From assembly GCA_023426125.1 (NCBI GenBank), contig JAFABI010000029.1, positions 5,701-69,700 of the forward strand: 64,000 nt of DNA, in the 5' to 3' direction. A program made the translations under genes and the position numbers. The notes under the pieces are model-generated. The model worked only from the letters and a program-made list of their open reading frames with translations, was not told the DNA's origin and searched no databases. This stretch comes from Bacillota bacterium (GTDB lineage Bacteria; Bacillota; Clostridia; Acetivibrionales; DTU013). Below, one piece after another: positions 30,316-39,748 of the stretch; the stretch's first letter is position 1; every line of letters begins with the position of its first letter.

Positions 30316-31391
30316 AGGTTGCAATCATCGGCGGCGGTCTTTCAGGACTGTGCTGCGCCCATGAACTGGAGCGGTATGGAATACGGCCGGTGATTTATGA
30401 ACGGAACCCTTATATCGGCGAGCCGATAAATCATGTAACTGCAATTATCAATATCAGCCACCGGCCGGTATATGATTCCCTGAAATATTTTAAAAAGTAT
30501 TTAAATATAGAGATTAAACCTCTGGGAATAATACGTAATCTCATCCACCATTCTCCCAATGTGACAACGGAAATCAAAGGCACGCATGGCTATTTTCTGA
30601 AGAATACGGCGGATGACGACAGCACAAAGGTGCAATTGCTGAACAAACTGAACAATACGGAGATAAGGCTTAGCGAACTGGGTGACTACAAAAAGCTTTC
30701 ACAGGAATATGACTATGTAGCCGTTGCCAGCGGTAATTATTCTGAAGCCCAGGAACTGGGTATCTGGCAGGAATGGTTCAAAGGAATCGTCAGAGGCGCC
30801 GTGGTACACGGGGATTTTGACCCTGAAGCGCTCACCATGTGGGTCAACAAGGATTATCTTAAGAACGGATATGCTTATCTGACTCCCTTCAGCCGGAGCA
30901 AAGCATCCTTGATTCTGATTGCCGACGAAATCAATGAGCGGGAAGTCGATCACTACTGGGAACTTTTCCTTGATACCGAGAATATAAGGTATACGATTGT
31001 TGAAGAATTCAAGATGGAGCACAGGGCGGGATATGTATATCCGCTGCGCCTGGACAATATTTTCTTCATAGGCAATTCCGCAGGCGGTCTGGATCCGTTT
31101 TTAGGCTTCGGCCATTTCAACGGGGCCGTCACCGGAGTCGCCGCCGCACGGTCCATCGCTGAGGGACTGCCTTATGACAGGCAAATAAAACAAATCATTA
31201 AAAGAAATCTTGAAATGCGGCAGTTCAGAAAAGCATTTGACAGCATGACCAATAAGGATTATGACAAGGTAGTTGCCGCAATTGGCCTACCGGGGATAAA
31301 GCAGTTGCTGTATCACTCGCCTGTAAATATATCAAAAATCGGCGCACTTTTCAGCAGGTTCATTATAAAACCCGAGAAGCTGGGAAGATAG
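30312..31391 (+). CDS. NAD(P)/FAD-dependent oxidoreductase, paralogue 2
   Basis: VAIIGGGLSGLCCAHELERYG Rossmann motif. Collinear similarity to the ORF at 5996-7072, including the C-terminal F(F/Y)xGxxAGGxDxFxGFG motif. Confidence 0.8.
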   Translation: MKVAIIGGGLSGLCCAHELERYGIRPVIYERNPYIGEPINHVTAIINISHRPVYDSLKYFKKYLNIEIKPLGIIRNLIHHSPNVTTEIKGTHGYFLKNTADDDSTKVQLLNKLNNTEIRLSELGDYKKLSQEYDYVAVASGNYSEAQELGIWQEWFKGIVRGAVVHGDFDPEALTMWVNKDYLKNGYAYLTPFSRSKASLILIADEINEREVDHYWELFLDTENIRYTIVEEFKMEHRAGYVYPLRLDNIFFIGNSAGGLDPFLGFGHFNGAVTGVAAARSIAEGLPYDRQIKQIIKRNLEMRQFRKAFDSMTNKDYDKVVAAIGLPGIKQLLYHSPVNISKIGALFSRFIIKPEKLGR

Positions 31392-31398
31392 GCGATGC

Positions 31399-31483
31399 AG
31401 GAGGGCGGCCATCGGCCGTCCGCCTGTAACAGCAAATGCAAACATGGAATGGTAAAGGTGGACACGCAATGTGCGCCTCTACT
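31399..31483. repeat. Family A double-hairpin repeat, medium copy
   Basis: AGGAGGGCGGCCATCGGCCGTCCGCC ... GGACACGCAATGTGCGCCTCTACT, collinear with 4753-4900 but lacking about 60 nt of its centre. It lies between convergent genes. Confidence 0.55.
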
Positions 31484-31503
31484 CTTTCAAAGTTCTGCGG
31501 ACG

Positions 31504-31977
31504 TCATCGCGAGGAGCCGAAGTGGCGCAATGATCTAGAAAGATACCTGTAAAATAATAGGACCCATGCATAGGTAATGGCATAAGTTACGACGGACCAG
31601 GGCAGGGGTTTCCACCTGACCAGTACTACTGTCCGTGTCAGCAGGCTTGCATATTCAAACACCAGCATGGCTGCAATCCAGATGGCAGTATAAATGAGGG
31701 CTTTTCGAAGGCTTTCCGGCAAAAAAACCGCATAAACGATGTTCAGCGGCGGATAAATGAATAGCGCACCCAGAAGTATATACAGTGTTGATTTTTCCGG
31801 GCTTATATAATAATATAGCCCGAGCCTGTCTCCGAGGGCGATTTCGAAAACCATGGAATAGGCGACGGATGCAATTCCGATGATCCATGCCGGCAGTCTG
31901 ATCCCTTTGAAAATTGCAACGGCTGTAAGCAGCAGTATGGCTGCCGCGGCCGATATCCAGAAAAAAATATATTCCAT
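31504..31977 (-). CDS. Integral membrane protein, unknown function
   Basis: About 157 aa with 4-5 TM helices. Start trimmed to the ATG at 31977, behind an AGAGGA RBS. Confidence 0.5.
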   Translation of the reverse strand: MEYIFFWISAAAAILLLTAVAIFKGIRLPAWIIGIASVAYSMVFEIALGDRLGLYYYISPEKSTLYILLGALFIYPPLNIVYAVFLPESLRKALIYTAIWIAAMLVFEYASLLTRTVVLVRWKPLPWSVVTYAITYAWVLLFYRYLSRSLRHFGSSR

Positions 31978-32408
31978 AAAACATCCTCTGTTTCTCAATG
32001 GTATTGTTTATTTTGCTACGAAATAAAAGGAATATTCAGATACCGATGATTTATTGGAACTTAAAATGAAGGATAGAAGGCATGCAATTTCGCAAACAAA
32101 TTGTCGAAATATGGAATATACAATTAGGGGAATTGCAGTAAACATGATCATATAGGGAGTTACAGCATAATGTACATTAAATGGAAATATAAACAAGATA
32201 AATAAATTATAAAAAAATGAAAGTTTTACTTGTCAAACTGGCAAATAGTATTATATAATAATTTCTATCACATTACATAAAATAAGATAAGCTGAGAATG
32301 AAGAGTTTAGATGAGAAACCGGGCAACGACGCTTGTAGACCAGTTTACTCGTCTTTGTTTTTTTTATTTGACGAATATCTGATTTTATGAATTTAAGGAG
32401 GATGTAAA

Positions 32409-33551
32409 ATGAAGAGATTATTAGCTTTGGCAGTAGTTGTCGTTATGGCGGTTTCACTGTTCTCCGGCTGCGGCGCAGGTGCGGGTGGCGACACCATAAA
32501 GATCGGTTCTGTTCAGCCCATAAGCGGTGATGTCTCCGCCTATGGAACCCAATCCAGAGATGCCATACAGATGGCGGTGGATGAAATCAATGCTGCCGGC
32601 GGTATCCTGGGCAAAAAGGTAGAAGTATTTATCGAGGATGACGAAAACAATCCTGAAAAAACGGTAACCGCATTCAAAATGCTTGCCACCCAGAGAAAGA
32701 TTGTGGGGCTGATCGGCGCACTTACCAGCAAATGCTCCCTTGCAATAACCGAGGAAGCCCAGCAGCGCAAAATCATCATGATTTCTCCTTCGTCAACCAA
32801 CGATACGGTGACAGACGCTGGTGATTACATTTTCAAGGCCTGCTACAACGACAGCTTCCAGGGACCTGTTGTAGCCCAGTACGCCATCGAAACACTTAAG
32901 GCAAAAACCGCCGCTATCATGTTCGACAATACCAACGACTATTCAGTTGGCCTCAAGAACAGCTTTGGAGATGAATTCAAGAAGCTGGGCGGGACTGTAG
33001 TTGAAGAATCCTATGCAAAAGGCGATAAGGACTTCACAGCGCAGCTCACCAAACTGAAAGCCTCCAACCCTGATGTGTTGTTCATCTCGGATTATTACAA
33101 TACGGTTGCGCTTATGGCCAAACAGGTTAAGCAGCTTGAAATCAACGCTACCATGATTGGCGCCGACGGTTGGGATGAAATTGCAAATAACGCAGGTGAC
33201 GAGGTTGTAGGCTCCATATACAGCAATCACTATGCTGCAGATGCCGATGACCCGGAAGTACAGGCGTTTGTTGCCAAATATCAGGAGAAATACAAGATTA
33301 TACCGAATGCTCTTGCCGCCCTTGCGTATGACTCCACTTATATCCTGTGTGATGCTATAGCAAAAGCGGGCACGGCAACAGATCCTGAGAAAATAAAGGC
33401 TGCCATGATGGAAACCAATAAGAAACTGGTAACCGGAAATATCAAGTTCGGTGAAAACAGGGTACCCATCAAAGCCATCGTTATGACCAAGGTTATTAAG
33501 AAAGAGGACGGCAAGCTGGACATAAGCTTTGCAGGAAAAGTTGAACCATAG
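32409..33551 (+). CDS. Branched-chain amino-acid ABC transporter substrate-binding lipoprotein (LivJ/K-like)
   Basis: Lipobox LFSGCGA, the type-1 periplasmic binding fold pattern IKIGSVQPISGDVSAYG and an AAGGAGG RBS. Confidence 0.9.
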   Translation: MKRLLALAVVVVMAVSLFSGCGAGAGGDTIKIGSVQPISGDVSAYGTQSRDAIQMAVDEINAAGGILGKKVEVFIEDDENNPEKTVTAFKMLATQRKIVGLIGALTSKCSLAITEEAQQRKIIMISPSSTNDTVTDAGDYIFKACYNDSFQGPVVAQYAIETLKAKTAAIMFDNTNDYSVGLKNSFGDEFKKLGGTVVEESYAKGDKDFTAQLTKLKASNPDVLFISDYYNTVALMAKQVKQLEINATMIGADGWDEIANNAGDEVVGSIYSNHYAADADDPEVQAFVAKYQEKYKIIPNALAALAYDSTYILCDAIAKAGTATDPEKIKAAMMETNKKLVTGNIKFGENRVPIKAIVMTKVIKKEDGKLDISFAGKVEP

Positions 33552-33665
33552 CATGCATGAATTACCAAAAACGCGTAATATTTCAGGTATAATGTTAAGC
33601 AGAAAACAGGTTAAAATAATGGGAGAGTAAACTCTCCCATTATTAATGTTATGAGGGGTGATGTG

Positions 33666-34553
33666 ATGGAATTTTTGCAGCAAATGTTCAACGGTATCTC
33701 GCTTGGAAGCGTGTATGCCCTGATTGCGCTTGGGTATACCATGGTGTACGGCATCGTTAAGCTGATTAATTTTGCCCATGGCGATATCTTAATGCTGGGT
33801 GCTTTTGCCGGCTATTTTATTCTTGGAGCAATGGGAGTAAGCCCGGTTACCCTTTTGATTGCCTTTGCGATTTCGATGGCCGTCTGCGCTCTCACCGGGG
33901 TGTTTATTGAAAAGACCTGCTACAAGCCTTTAAGAAGCGCTCCTCGTATCAACGCGTTAATCACGGCAATCGGCGTTTCAATTGTCCTTGAAAACGGAGC
34001 CAGGGTCGTACCCTTTATGGGTCCTAATCCAAGACTGTTCCCTACCATGAACTTAAACAGGCTGGAGCTCTTCGGCGTAAGGATCAATATGATGCAGGTC
34101 ATTGTTTTCGGTGTTTCAGTAACGCTGATGATCATTCTGAATTACATCATTAAAAATACAAAAATAGGGAAAGCCATGAGGGCGGTATCCTTTGATATGG
34201 ATGCTTCTCTTTTGATGGGTATAAACATAAACAGGGTTATATCCTTTACTTTTGCAATCGGGGCGTCTCTGGGCGCTGCCGCCGGCATCCTTTTTGCCAG
34301 TGCCTACCCGCAGGTGGAGCCCCTGATGGGGATGATTCCGGGCTTGAAAGCCTTTGTTGCGGCGGTGCTTGGAGGCATAGGCAGTATACCCGGCGCTGTC
34401 CTGGGAGGTTTTATCCTGGGCATTGCCGAAACCCTGACAAAGGGGTATATTACTTCTACCTTGGCTGATGCGGTAGCTTTTGGGATACTTATCATTATCT
34501 TGATTATTAAACCCTCCGGCCTTCTTGGGCGCAATATCAGAGAGAAAGTGTAG
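33666..34553 (+). CDS. livH: Branched-chain amino-acid ABC permease
   Basis: MEFLQQMFNGISLGSVYALIALGYTMVYGI..INFAHGD is the canonical LivH N-terminus. Confidence 0.9.
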   Translation: MEFLQQMFNGISLGSVYALIALGYTMVYGIVKLINFAHGDILMLGAFAGYFILGAMGVSPVTLLIAFAISMAVCALTGVFIEKTCYKPLRSAPRINALITAIGVSIVLENGARVVPFMGPNPRLFPTMNLNRLELFGVRINMMQVIVFGVSVTLMIILNYIIKNTKIGKAMRAVSFDMDASLLMGININRVISFTFAIGASLGAAAGILFASAYPQVEPLMGMIPGLKAFVAAVLGGIGSIPGAVLGGFILGIAETLTKGYITSTLADAVAFGILIIILIIKPSGLLGRNIREKV

Positions 34554-34564
34554 GTAGCGGCGAT

Positions 34565-35659
34565 ATGAATAAAATGGTTAAAAATCTAATAATATTATCG
34601 GCTACCTCACTGATCATCTTTGCAATTTTAAGCCTGTTAATCCTTTTCGGGATTATCGATGAATATAATGCCCAGATATTGACAGTAGCCGGCATGTATT
34701 GCATCGTTGCTCTGAGTTTGAACCTTATTACCGGCTTTACAGGCCAGCTTGCGCTGGGACAAGCCGGTTTCATGTGCGTCGGCGCGTACACTACCGCAAT
34801 AGCCATGATGAAGCTGGGTATACCGCTGTTCGCCGCAATTATTTTCGGGGGGCTTGTAGCGGCGGTTTTTGGCATCATTATCGGGTTTCCAACCTTGAGA
34901 ATGCGTGGGGATTACCTGGCAATAGCTACGCTGGCCTTTGGTGAAATTATCCGGGTCTTGATGGTGAATCTCGGGGATTTGACGGGAGGAGCGTCCGGAC
35001 TCAAGGGTATACCTTCGTTTTCCAATACCGGCAATTTTATCTACGACGCCATCATCAAATTTGCCTGGGTATTTGGATTTGTCATCATTACTTTATTTAT
35101 TATCAGCAATTTGATTAAGTCTTCCCACGGAAGAGCCATCATTTCCATTAGGGAAGACGAAATCGCCTCTAATTCAATGGGAGTCAACGGAGCATATTTT
35201 AAAATGTTTTCGTTTACCATCTCCTCATTCCTTGCAGGAATGGGAGGAGGGCTGTATGCCATCTATTTCGGCTATCTGAATCCGGATATGTTCAGGTTTA
35301 TGAATTCCGTCAATTTCGTTGTCATTGTGGTGCTGGGAGGAATGGGCAGTATAACGGGTACGGTAATTTCAGCCGTCGGTTTCACCTATATACAGGAGTG
35401 GCTGAGGGTATTCAAGGATTTCAGGCTGGTAATTTTCGGGCTTGCCCTGATAGCGGTCATGCTGTTCTGGCCGCGGGGTCTTATGGGAACCAGGGAATTT
35501 TCCATTGTCGGGTTTGTCGGCAAGGTGCGCAGCGGAGAAATTACTGTGAAAACAATAGCCCAATCCATAAATAGATTCCTTCTATCGATTGGCAGATTAT
35601 TTACCGGAATATTTAAAAAGAAAGGCAATTCGCCTGATAACGGCGGGGAGGTGAGATAA
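34565..35659 (+). CDS. livM: Branched-chain amino-acid ABC permease
   Basis: LSLNLITGFTGQLALGQAGFMCVGAYT motif and multiple TM helices. Has a roughly 40-aa basic C-terminal tail. Confidence 0.9.
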   Translation: MNKMVKNLIILSATSLIIFAILSLLILFGIIDEYNAQILTVAGMYCIVALSLNLITGFTGQLALGQAGFMCVGAYTTAIAMMKLGIPLFAAIIFGGLVAAVFGIIIGFPTLRMRGDYLAIATLAFGEIIRVLMVNLGDLTGGASGLKGIPSFSNTGNFIYDAIIKFAWVFGFVIITLFIISNLIKSSHGRAIISIREDEIASNSMGVNGAYFKMFSFTISSFLAGMGGGLYAIYFGYLNPDMFRFMNSVNFVVIVVLGGMGSITGTVISAVGFTYIQEWLRVFKDFRLVIFGLALIAVMLFWPRGLMGTREFSIVGFVGKVRSGEITVKTIAQSINRFLLSIGRLFTGIFKKKGNSPDNGGEVR

Positions 35660-36457
35660 ATGGCGGTATTGGATATTAAGAACATTTCTATCGTTTTCGG
35701 AGGACTTAAAGCAGTTACCAATTTCAGCCTCAAGCTTGAAAAAAATGAGCTGGTTGGCCTCATTGGTCCCAATGGAGCAGGGAAGACCACGGTTTTTAAT
35801 ATGCTGACCGGTGTTTATAATCCCACAAGCGGCAATATTTTATTGAGCCGATCGGAAAAAGACAATGATTATACGGGCCTGGTTGGAAAAAAACCTCATC
35901 AGATCACCCAGTTGGGCATAGGCAGAACCTTTCAGAACATCAGGCTGTTCAAGAACCTGTCGGTACTGGACAACGTCAGGATCGCCTTCCATTTCAATGC
36001 CGGCTACAATGCTTTACAGGCCATTTTCAGAACTCCCAGGTATTACCGGAAGGAAGAGGAGATCCGTCAAAGATCCCTGGAGCTGTTGAAAATATTCAAC
36101 ATACAGAATAAGGCCGAGGAACTGGCTATGAACCTGCCTTATGGAGAGCAGAGGAAGCTGGAGATCACAAGGGCCCTTGCTACAAATCCAAAGCTGCTGC
36201 TGCTTGACGAACCGGCTGCAGGGATGAATCCCCAGGAGACACACGACCTGATGAACCTGATTCGTTTCATCCGGGAGAAATTCAACCTGACGATATTGCT
36301 GATAGAGCATGACATGAACCTTGTCATGGGGATCTGCGAAAGGATAACCGTCCTGGACTACGGACAGACCATCGCCATGGGCACGCCGGCGGAAATAAGC
36401 CGGGATCCCAAGGTTATCAAGGCATATCTGGGGGACGGAGGTGAGTTGGGTGCTTAA
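35660..36457 (+). CDS. livG: Branched-chain amino-acid ABC ATPase
   Basis: Walker A GPNGAGKTT, signature YGEQRKLEITRAL and Walker B LLLLDEPAAGM. Confidence 0.9.
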   Translation: MAVLDIKNISIVFGGLKAVTNFSLKLEKNELVGLIGPNGAGKTTVFNMLTGVYNPTSGNILLSRSEKDNDYTGLVGKKPHQITQLGIGRTFQNIRLFKNLSVLDNVRIAFHFNAGYNALQAIFRTPRYYRKEEEIRQRSLELLKIFNIQNKAEELAMNLPYGEQRKLEITRALATNPKLLLLDEPAAGMNPQETHDLMNLIRFIREKFNLTILLIEHDMNLVMGICERITVLDYGQTIAMGTPAEISRDPKVIKAYLGDGGELGA

Positions 36458-37157
36458 GGTAAAGGGTTTAAATGTTTTTTACGGAACCATTCATGCATTG
36501 CATGATTTGAGCTTTGAAGTGACGGAAGGCGAAATCGTGACGCTGATAGGAGCAAACGGCGCCGGTAAATCAACCACGCTTAGAACGATTTCAGGAATTA
36601 TTCCCGCCAAAAGCGGCGAAATTGCTTTCATGGGGAAACAGATCGCCAACATTCCCGGGAACAGGATCGTTGAAATGGGGATCGGCCAGGTGCCCGAGGG
36701 CAGAAGGATCTTTGCCAACATGACGGTGATGGAGAACCTTGAAATGGGCGCCTATACCCGAAAGGACAAAAACAATCTGAAAGCTGATTATGAAATGGTA
36801 TTCACCCGGTTTCCCCGGTTGAAGGAAAGAATCCGGCAAATCGCCGGCACGCTCAGCGGAGGCGAACAGCAGATGCTTTCCATGGGGCGTACGCTTATGT
36901 CCAGGCCCAGGCTCCTGCTTCTGGACGAGCCGTCCATGGGCCTGGCGCCGCTGCTTGTAAAAGAGATATTCTCTATTATCGCAGACATTAACAAATCCGG
37001 TACGACGGTACTGCTGGTTGAGCAGAACGCCAATATGGCTTTGTCCATCGCAAACCGGGCTTATGTTCTTGAAACGGGAAGAATCGTTTCGTCAGGAGAT
37101 GCCAGGCAGCTTGCTCAGAGCGAGGAAGTCAGGAAGGCATATCTGGGCGGGAAATAG
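36450..37157 (+). CDS. livF: Branched-chain amino-acid ABC ATPase
   Basis: Walker A GANGAGKST, signature LSGGEQQMLSMGRTL and LLLLDEPSMGLAP. GTG at 36450, 8 nt after GGAGG, is preferred over the GTG at 36441. Confidence 0.9.
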   Translation: MLKVKGLNVFYGTIHALHDLSFEVTEGEIVTLIGANGAGKSTTLRTISGIIPAKSGEIAFMGKQIANIPGNRIVEMGIGQVPEGRRIFANMTVMENLEMGAYTRKDKNNLKADYEMVFTRFPRLKERIRQIAGTLSGGEQQMLSMGRTLMSRPRLLLLDEPSMGLAPLLVKEIFSIIADINKSGTTVLLVEQNANMALSIANRAYVLETGRIVSSGDARQLAQSEEVRKAYLGGK

Positions 37158-37175
37158 TGAAAGGGAGGATGATTT

Positions 37176-37805
37176 ATGTACGTTAAGCTTTTTATGACGG
37201 CAAACCCCTATACTGTTGCACCGGATACCACCGTCGCCGACGCCATGGTGATCTTGCGGGAAAAGAATATCCGGCGCATGCCGGTTGTCAAAAACGGCAA
37301 GCTGGTGGGTATGATCTCCGAAAAGAAGCTGCTTGAAGTTTCTCCTTCACCGGCGACATCCCTCAGTGTTTTTGAAATCAACTACCTGCTGTCAAAAACG
37401 AAAATCGAATCGGTAATGATTAAAAATGTCGTAACCATAACCTCCAACAGCCTGCTGGAGGAAGCTGCAACAAAGATGAGGGACAATCAGGTAGGCAGCC
37501 TGCCTGTTGTAGATGAAGGCAAACTGGTCGGCATCATCACCGAGTCCAACGTATTCGACGCATTTATCGAGATGCTGGGCGCGAGGGATCATGGCAGCAG
37601 AATCGCAATCGAAATCACGGACAACATCCCCGGAGTTATTGCCAGGATTGCCGGCATAATTGCAGGCTTTGACGTAAATATTTCGCATCTGGTGATTTCA
37701 CAGAATGAGATCATGGCAAGAGTGAATACCCTGAACATTGAAAATATACTTAAAGCTCTTGTAGAAAATGGGTTCAGGGTTATATCGGTGATGAAAAACC
37801 AGTGA
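37176..37805 (+). CDS. CBS-pair plus ACT domain protein (AcuB-like)
   Basis: Two CBS motifs (IRRMPVV.NGKLVGMISEKKL and VGSLPVVDEGKLVGIITESNV) and a C-terminal ACT-like segment (SRIAIEITDNIPGVIARIAGIIAGFDVNISHL). Confidence 0.8.
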   Translation: MYVKLFMTANPYTVAPDTTVADAMVILREKNIRRMPVVKNGKLVGMISEKKLLEVSPSPATSLSVFEINYLLSKTKIESVMIKNVVTITSNSLLEEAATKMRDNQVGSLPVVDEGKLVGIITESNVFDAFIEMLGARDHGSRIAIEITDNIPGVIARIAGIIAGFDVNISHLVISQNEIMARVNTLNIENILKALVENGFRVISVMKNQ

Positions 37806-37879
37806 TTGCTCCGATGAACCTGAAGTAAATGAAAGAAGGCCGGTAAAGAATATATACTTTCTCTGGCTGATAAGACACC

Positions 37880-38922
37880 ATGGAGGTTTCTATGCATTAT
37901 CCCGGGGCTTCAATCCAACTGATCAATGACGTTTTCAAAAAAGCCGTCGACGATGACAGGGAAGTCCTGTACGAGCATGAGATTTATCGGATTCTTGACA
38001 TTATCGGGCTGGATGTTCCGAAGTTTGAATTCGTTGCAGAGATAAACCATGTCGATGAGAAGCTGCTGGAAAAATTCGGACAGGATCTTATTGTAAAGGT
38101 GGTATCTCCTGATATCGCTCACAAACAGAAGCTGGGTGGCGTAAAGAAAATTAAAAAGGTTGAGCCTCTCTTCGTTCAGTTTGTACTGAATAAAATGAAG
38201 GAGGAGGTCCTTTCCCATTTTTCGGAGAAAGAAAAGCCGGATATCCGGGGTTTTTTGATCACCGAATTTGTTCCGCACAGCCAGGGCATCGGATATGAGG
38301 TCCTTATCGGCTTCAGGGAGGATCCAGCCTTCGGGCCGGTACTGACTTTCAGCAAAGGCGGAGATGACGCCGAGTTTTTTGCAAAATACTATGACCCTGC
38401 CAACCTCTTCCTGCTTCCCCTCGATCGTGAGGCAGCCGTTAAAATGGTCAATACCATGAACATCCGGCATAAATTCCAGCAGATAGAAAAATTGGACTAT
38501 CTGGAGCTCTATGCAGGCGCCGTGACCCGGATAAGCAATTTTGCCTATAATTACTCGTTTATTGCTGCTGAAAAACCGGGATTTATTGTAAAGGCCATGG
38601 ACATCAACCCTCTTGCCATAACCGAAGACAACAGAATGGTAGCGACAATGTGGATTGCGTCTTTGTGGCCATCGTGCCGCATTCCGTCAACCTCAAGACA
38701 ACACCCGAAACCTGCCGTGATGCCGACAGCCTCGCAAACCTTATTGTTGAGCTGGGAAGGCAGTATGACAAGCCAATGGCTGTTTCCGTAAATGCAGGAA
38801 GGTATTATCAGGAGTTTGTTTCCATCATGGAGGGCAACGGCCTGCCGGTTTATAATGACATCCGGTCCGCAATCAAGTCATTGGATGCTTTTGTGAGCTT
38901 TCATACGCATGGCCGGGCCTAA
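37880..38922 (+). pseudogene. ADP-forming acyl-CoA synthetase-like ATP-grasp protein with a broken reading frame (ORFs 37880-38791 and 38650-38922)
   Basis: The first frame reads a complete ATP-grasp_5-like domain up to ..DINPLAITEDNRMVA, then becomes Trp/Ser/Pro-rich nonsense. The -1 frame, open from 38572, continues with a ligase-CoA-like segment: VDCVFVAIVPH..KPMAVSVNAG..GLPVYNDIRSAIKSLDAF. One missing base near 38645 would join the two. Confidence 0.6.
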
Positions 38923-39554
38923 AGCAGATATTTAAAGCCCCCGGCGATGAAGCTGATTCCAAAGCCGCACAAGCACAGACCCAAAGCTATAATAACAACC
39001 TTATAGATTTTCAGGTTTATAAAGCGTCGCGTTTTGCTGATCAAATAGGAAATAAAGCTGTACCAGGTCAGGTCTGCCAGCGTATGCCCCAAATAGAAAA
39101 TTACGACACCGGCGATACCGAAGGCCTTATATGCGCTTAATATGAGGCCAAGGCCTATCACGGCCCACCAGAAGATAAAGTATGGATTTGCGGCGCTTAT
39201 TATGGCGCCGGCTGCGATCATGCTGCTTTTTACGTGCTCCGGCCTGCTTTCCGTGTTTATCGTTAATCGATTCAGCAGGGCATCCCTGATCATGCCTATC
39301 CCCATGAGATTCAGCACCAGACCGCCTGCAAATCCTATGATCATCTGAGCCGTATCCGTGGCAAGCACCCTGCCGGCTCCTGCAAAGATCAGGACCACGA
39401 TGACAAGCTCCAGCAGCGAGTGGCCTATGACAATGAGCGGGCCTGACTTTGCGCCGGCTTTGATGCTCCTGTCTATGGTGTAAGTCAGCAGTGAACCGGG
39501 CATCATAGCGCCGGAATAACCTATAAGCAGTGACTGTAAAAAAATACTTACCAT
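38919..39554 (-). CDS. LysE/RhtB family amino-acid exporter
   Basis: MVSIFLQSLLIGYSGAMMPGSLLTYTI N-terminus, six TM helices and about 211 aa. Start trimmed to the ATG at 39554. Confidence 0.8.
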   Translation of the reverse strand: MVSIFLQSLLIGYSGAMMPGSLLTYTIDRSIKAGAKSGPLIVIGHSLLELVIVVLIFAGAGRVLATDTAQMIIGFAGGLVLNLMGIGMIRDALLNRLTINTESRPEHVKSSMIAAGAIISAANPYFIFWWAVIGLGLILSAYKAFGIAGVVIFYLGHTLADLTWYSFISYLISKTRRFINLKIYKVVIIALGLCLCGFGISFIAGGFKYLL

Positions 39555-39748
39555 GTCGACCTCGTTATTTTTTCTATGGTTGTGATTTATTATACAACAA
39601 CGGGCGATTACCGGCAACGATTGTAAAAAGAAGAAGAGCCTCCGGAAAATAAATTACCAAAAATATTCAATAGAGGGCTTTTGCTTGGAAAACAATCGTT
39701 GTATAATAAATTGACAACATTTTTAGAAAAAAGTCGTTAATTGTCATA

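Noticed and set aside
32943-33779. 278-aa ORF on the minus strand
   Set aside because: It is antisense to the LivJ-like binding-protein gene and the start of livH. No RBS or motif.
38630-38655. Programmed ribosomal frameshift in the ATP-grasp gene
   Set aside because: There is no slippery heptamer and no downstream stimulatory structure at the junction. A single-base indel, by mutation or assembly error, is the simpler explanation.
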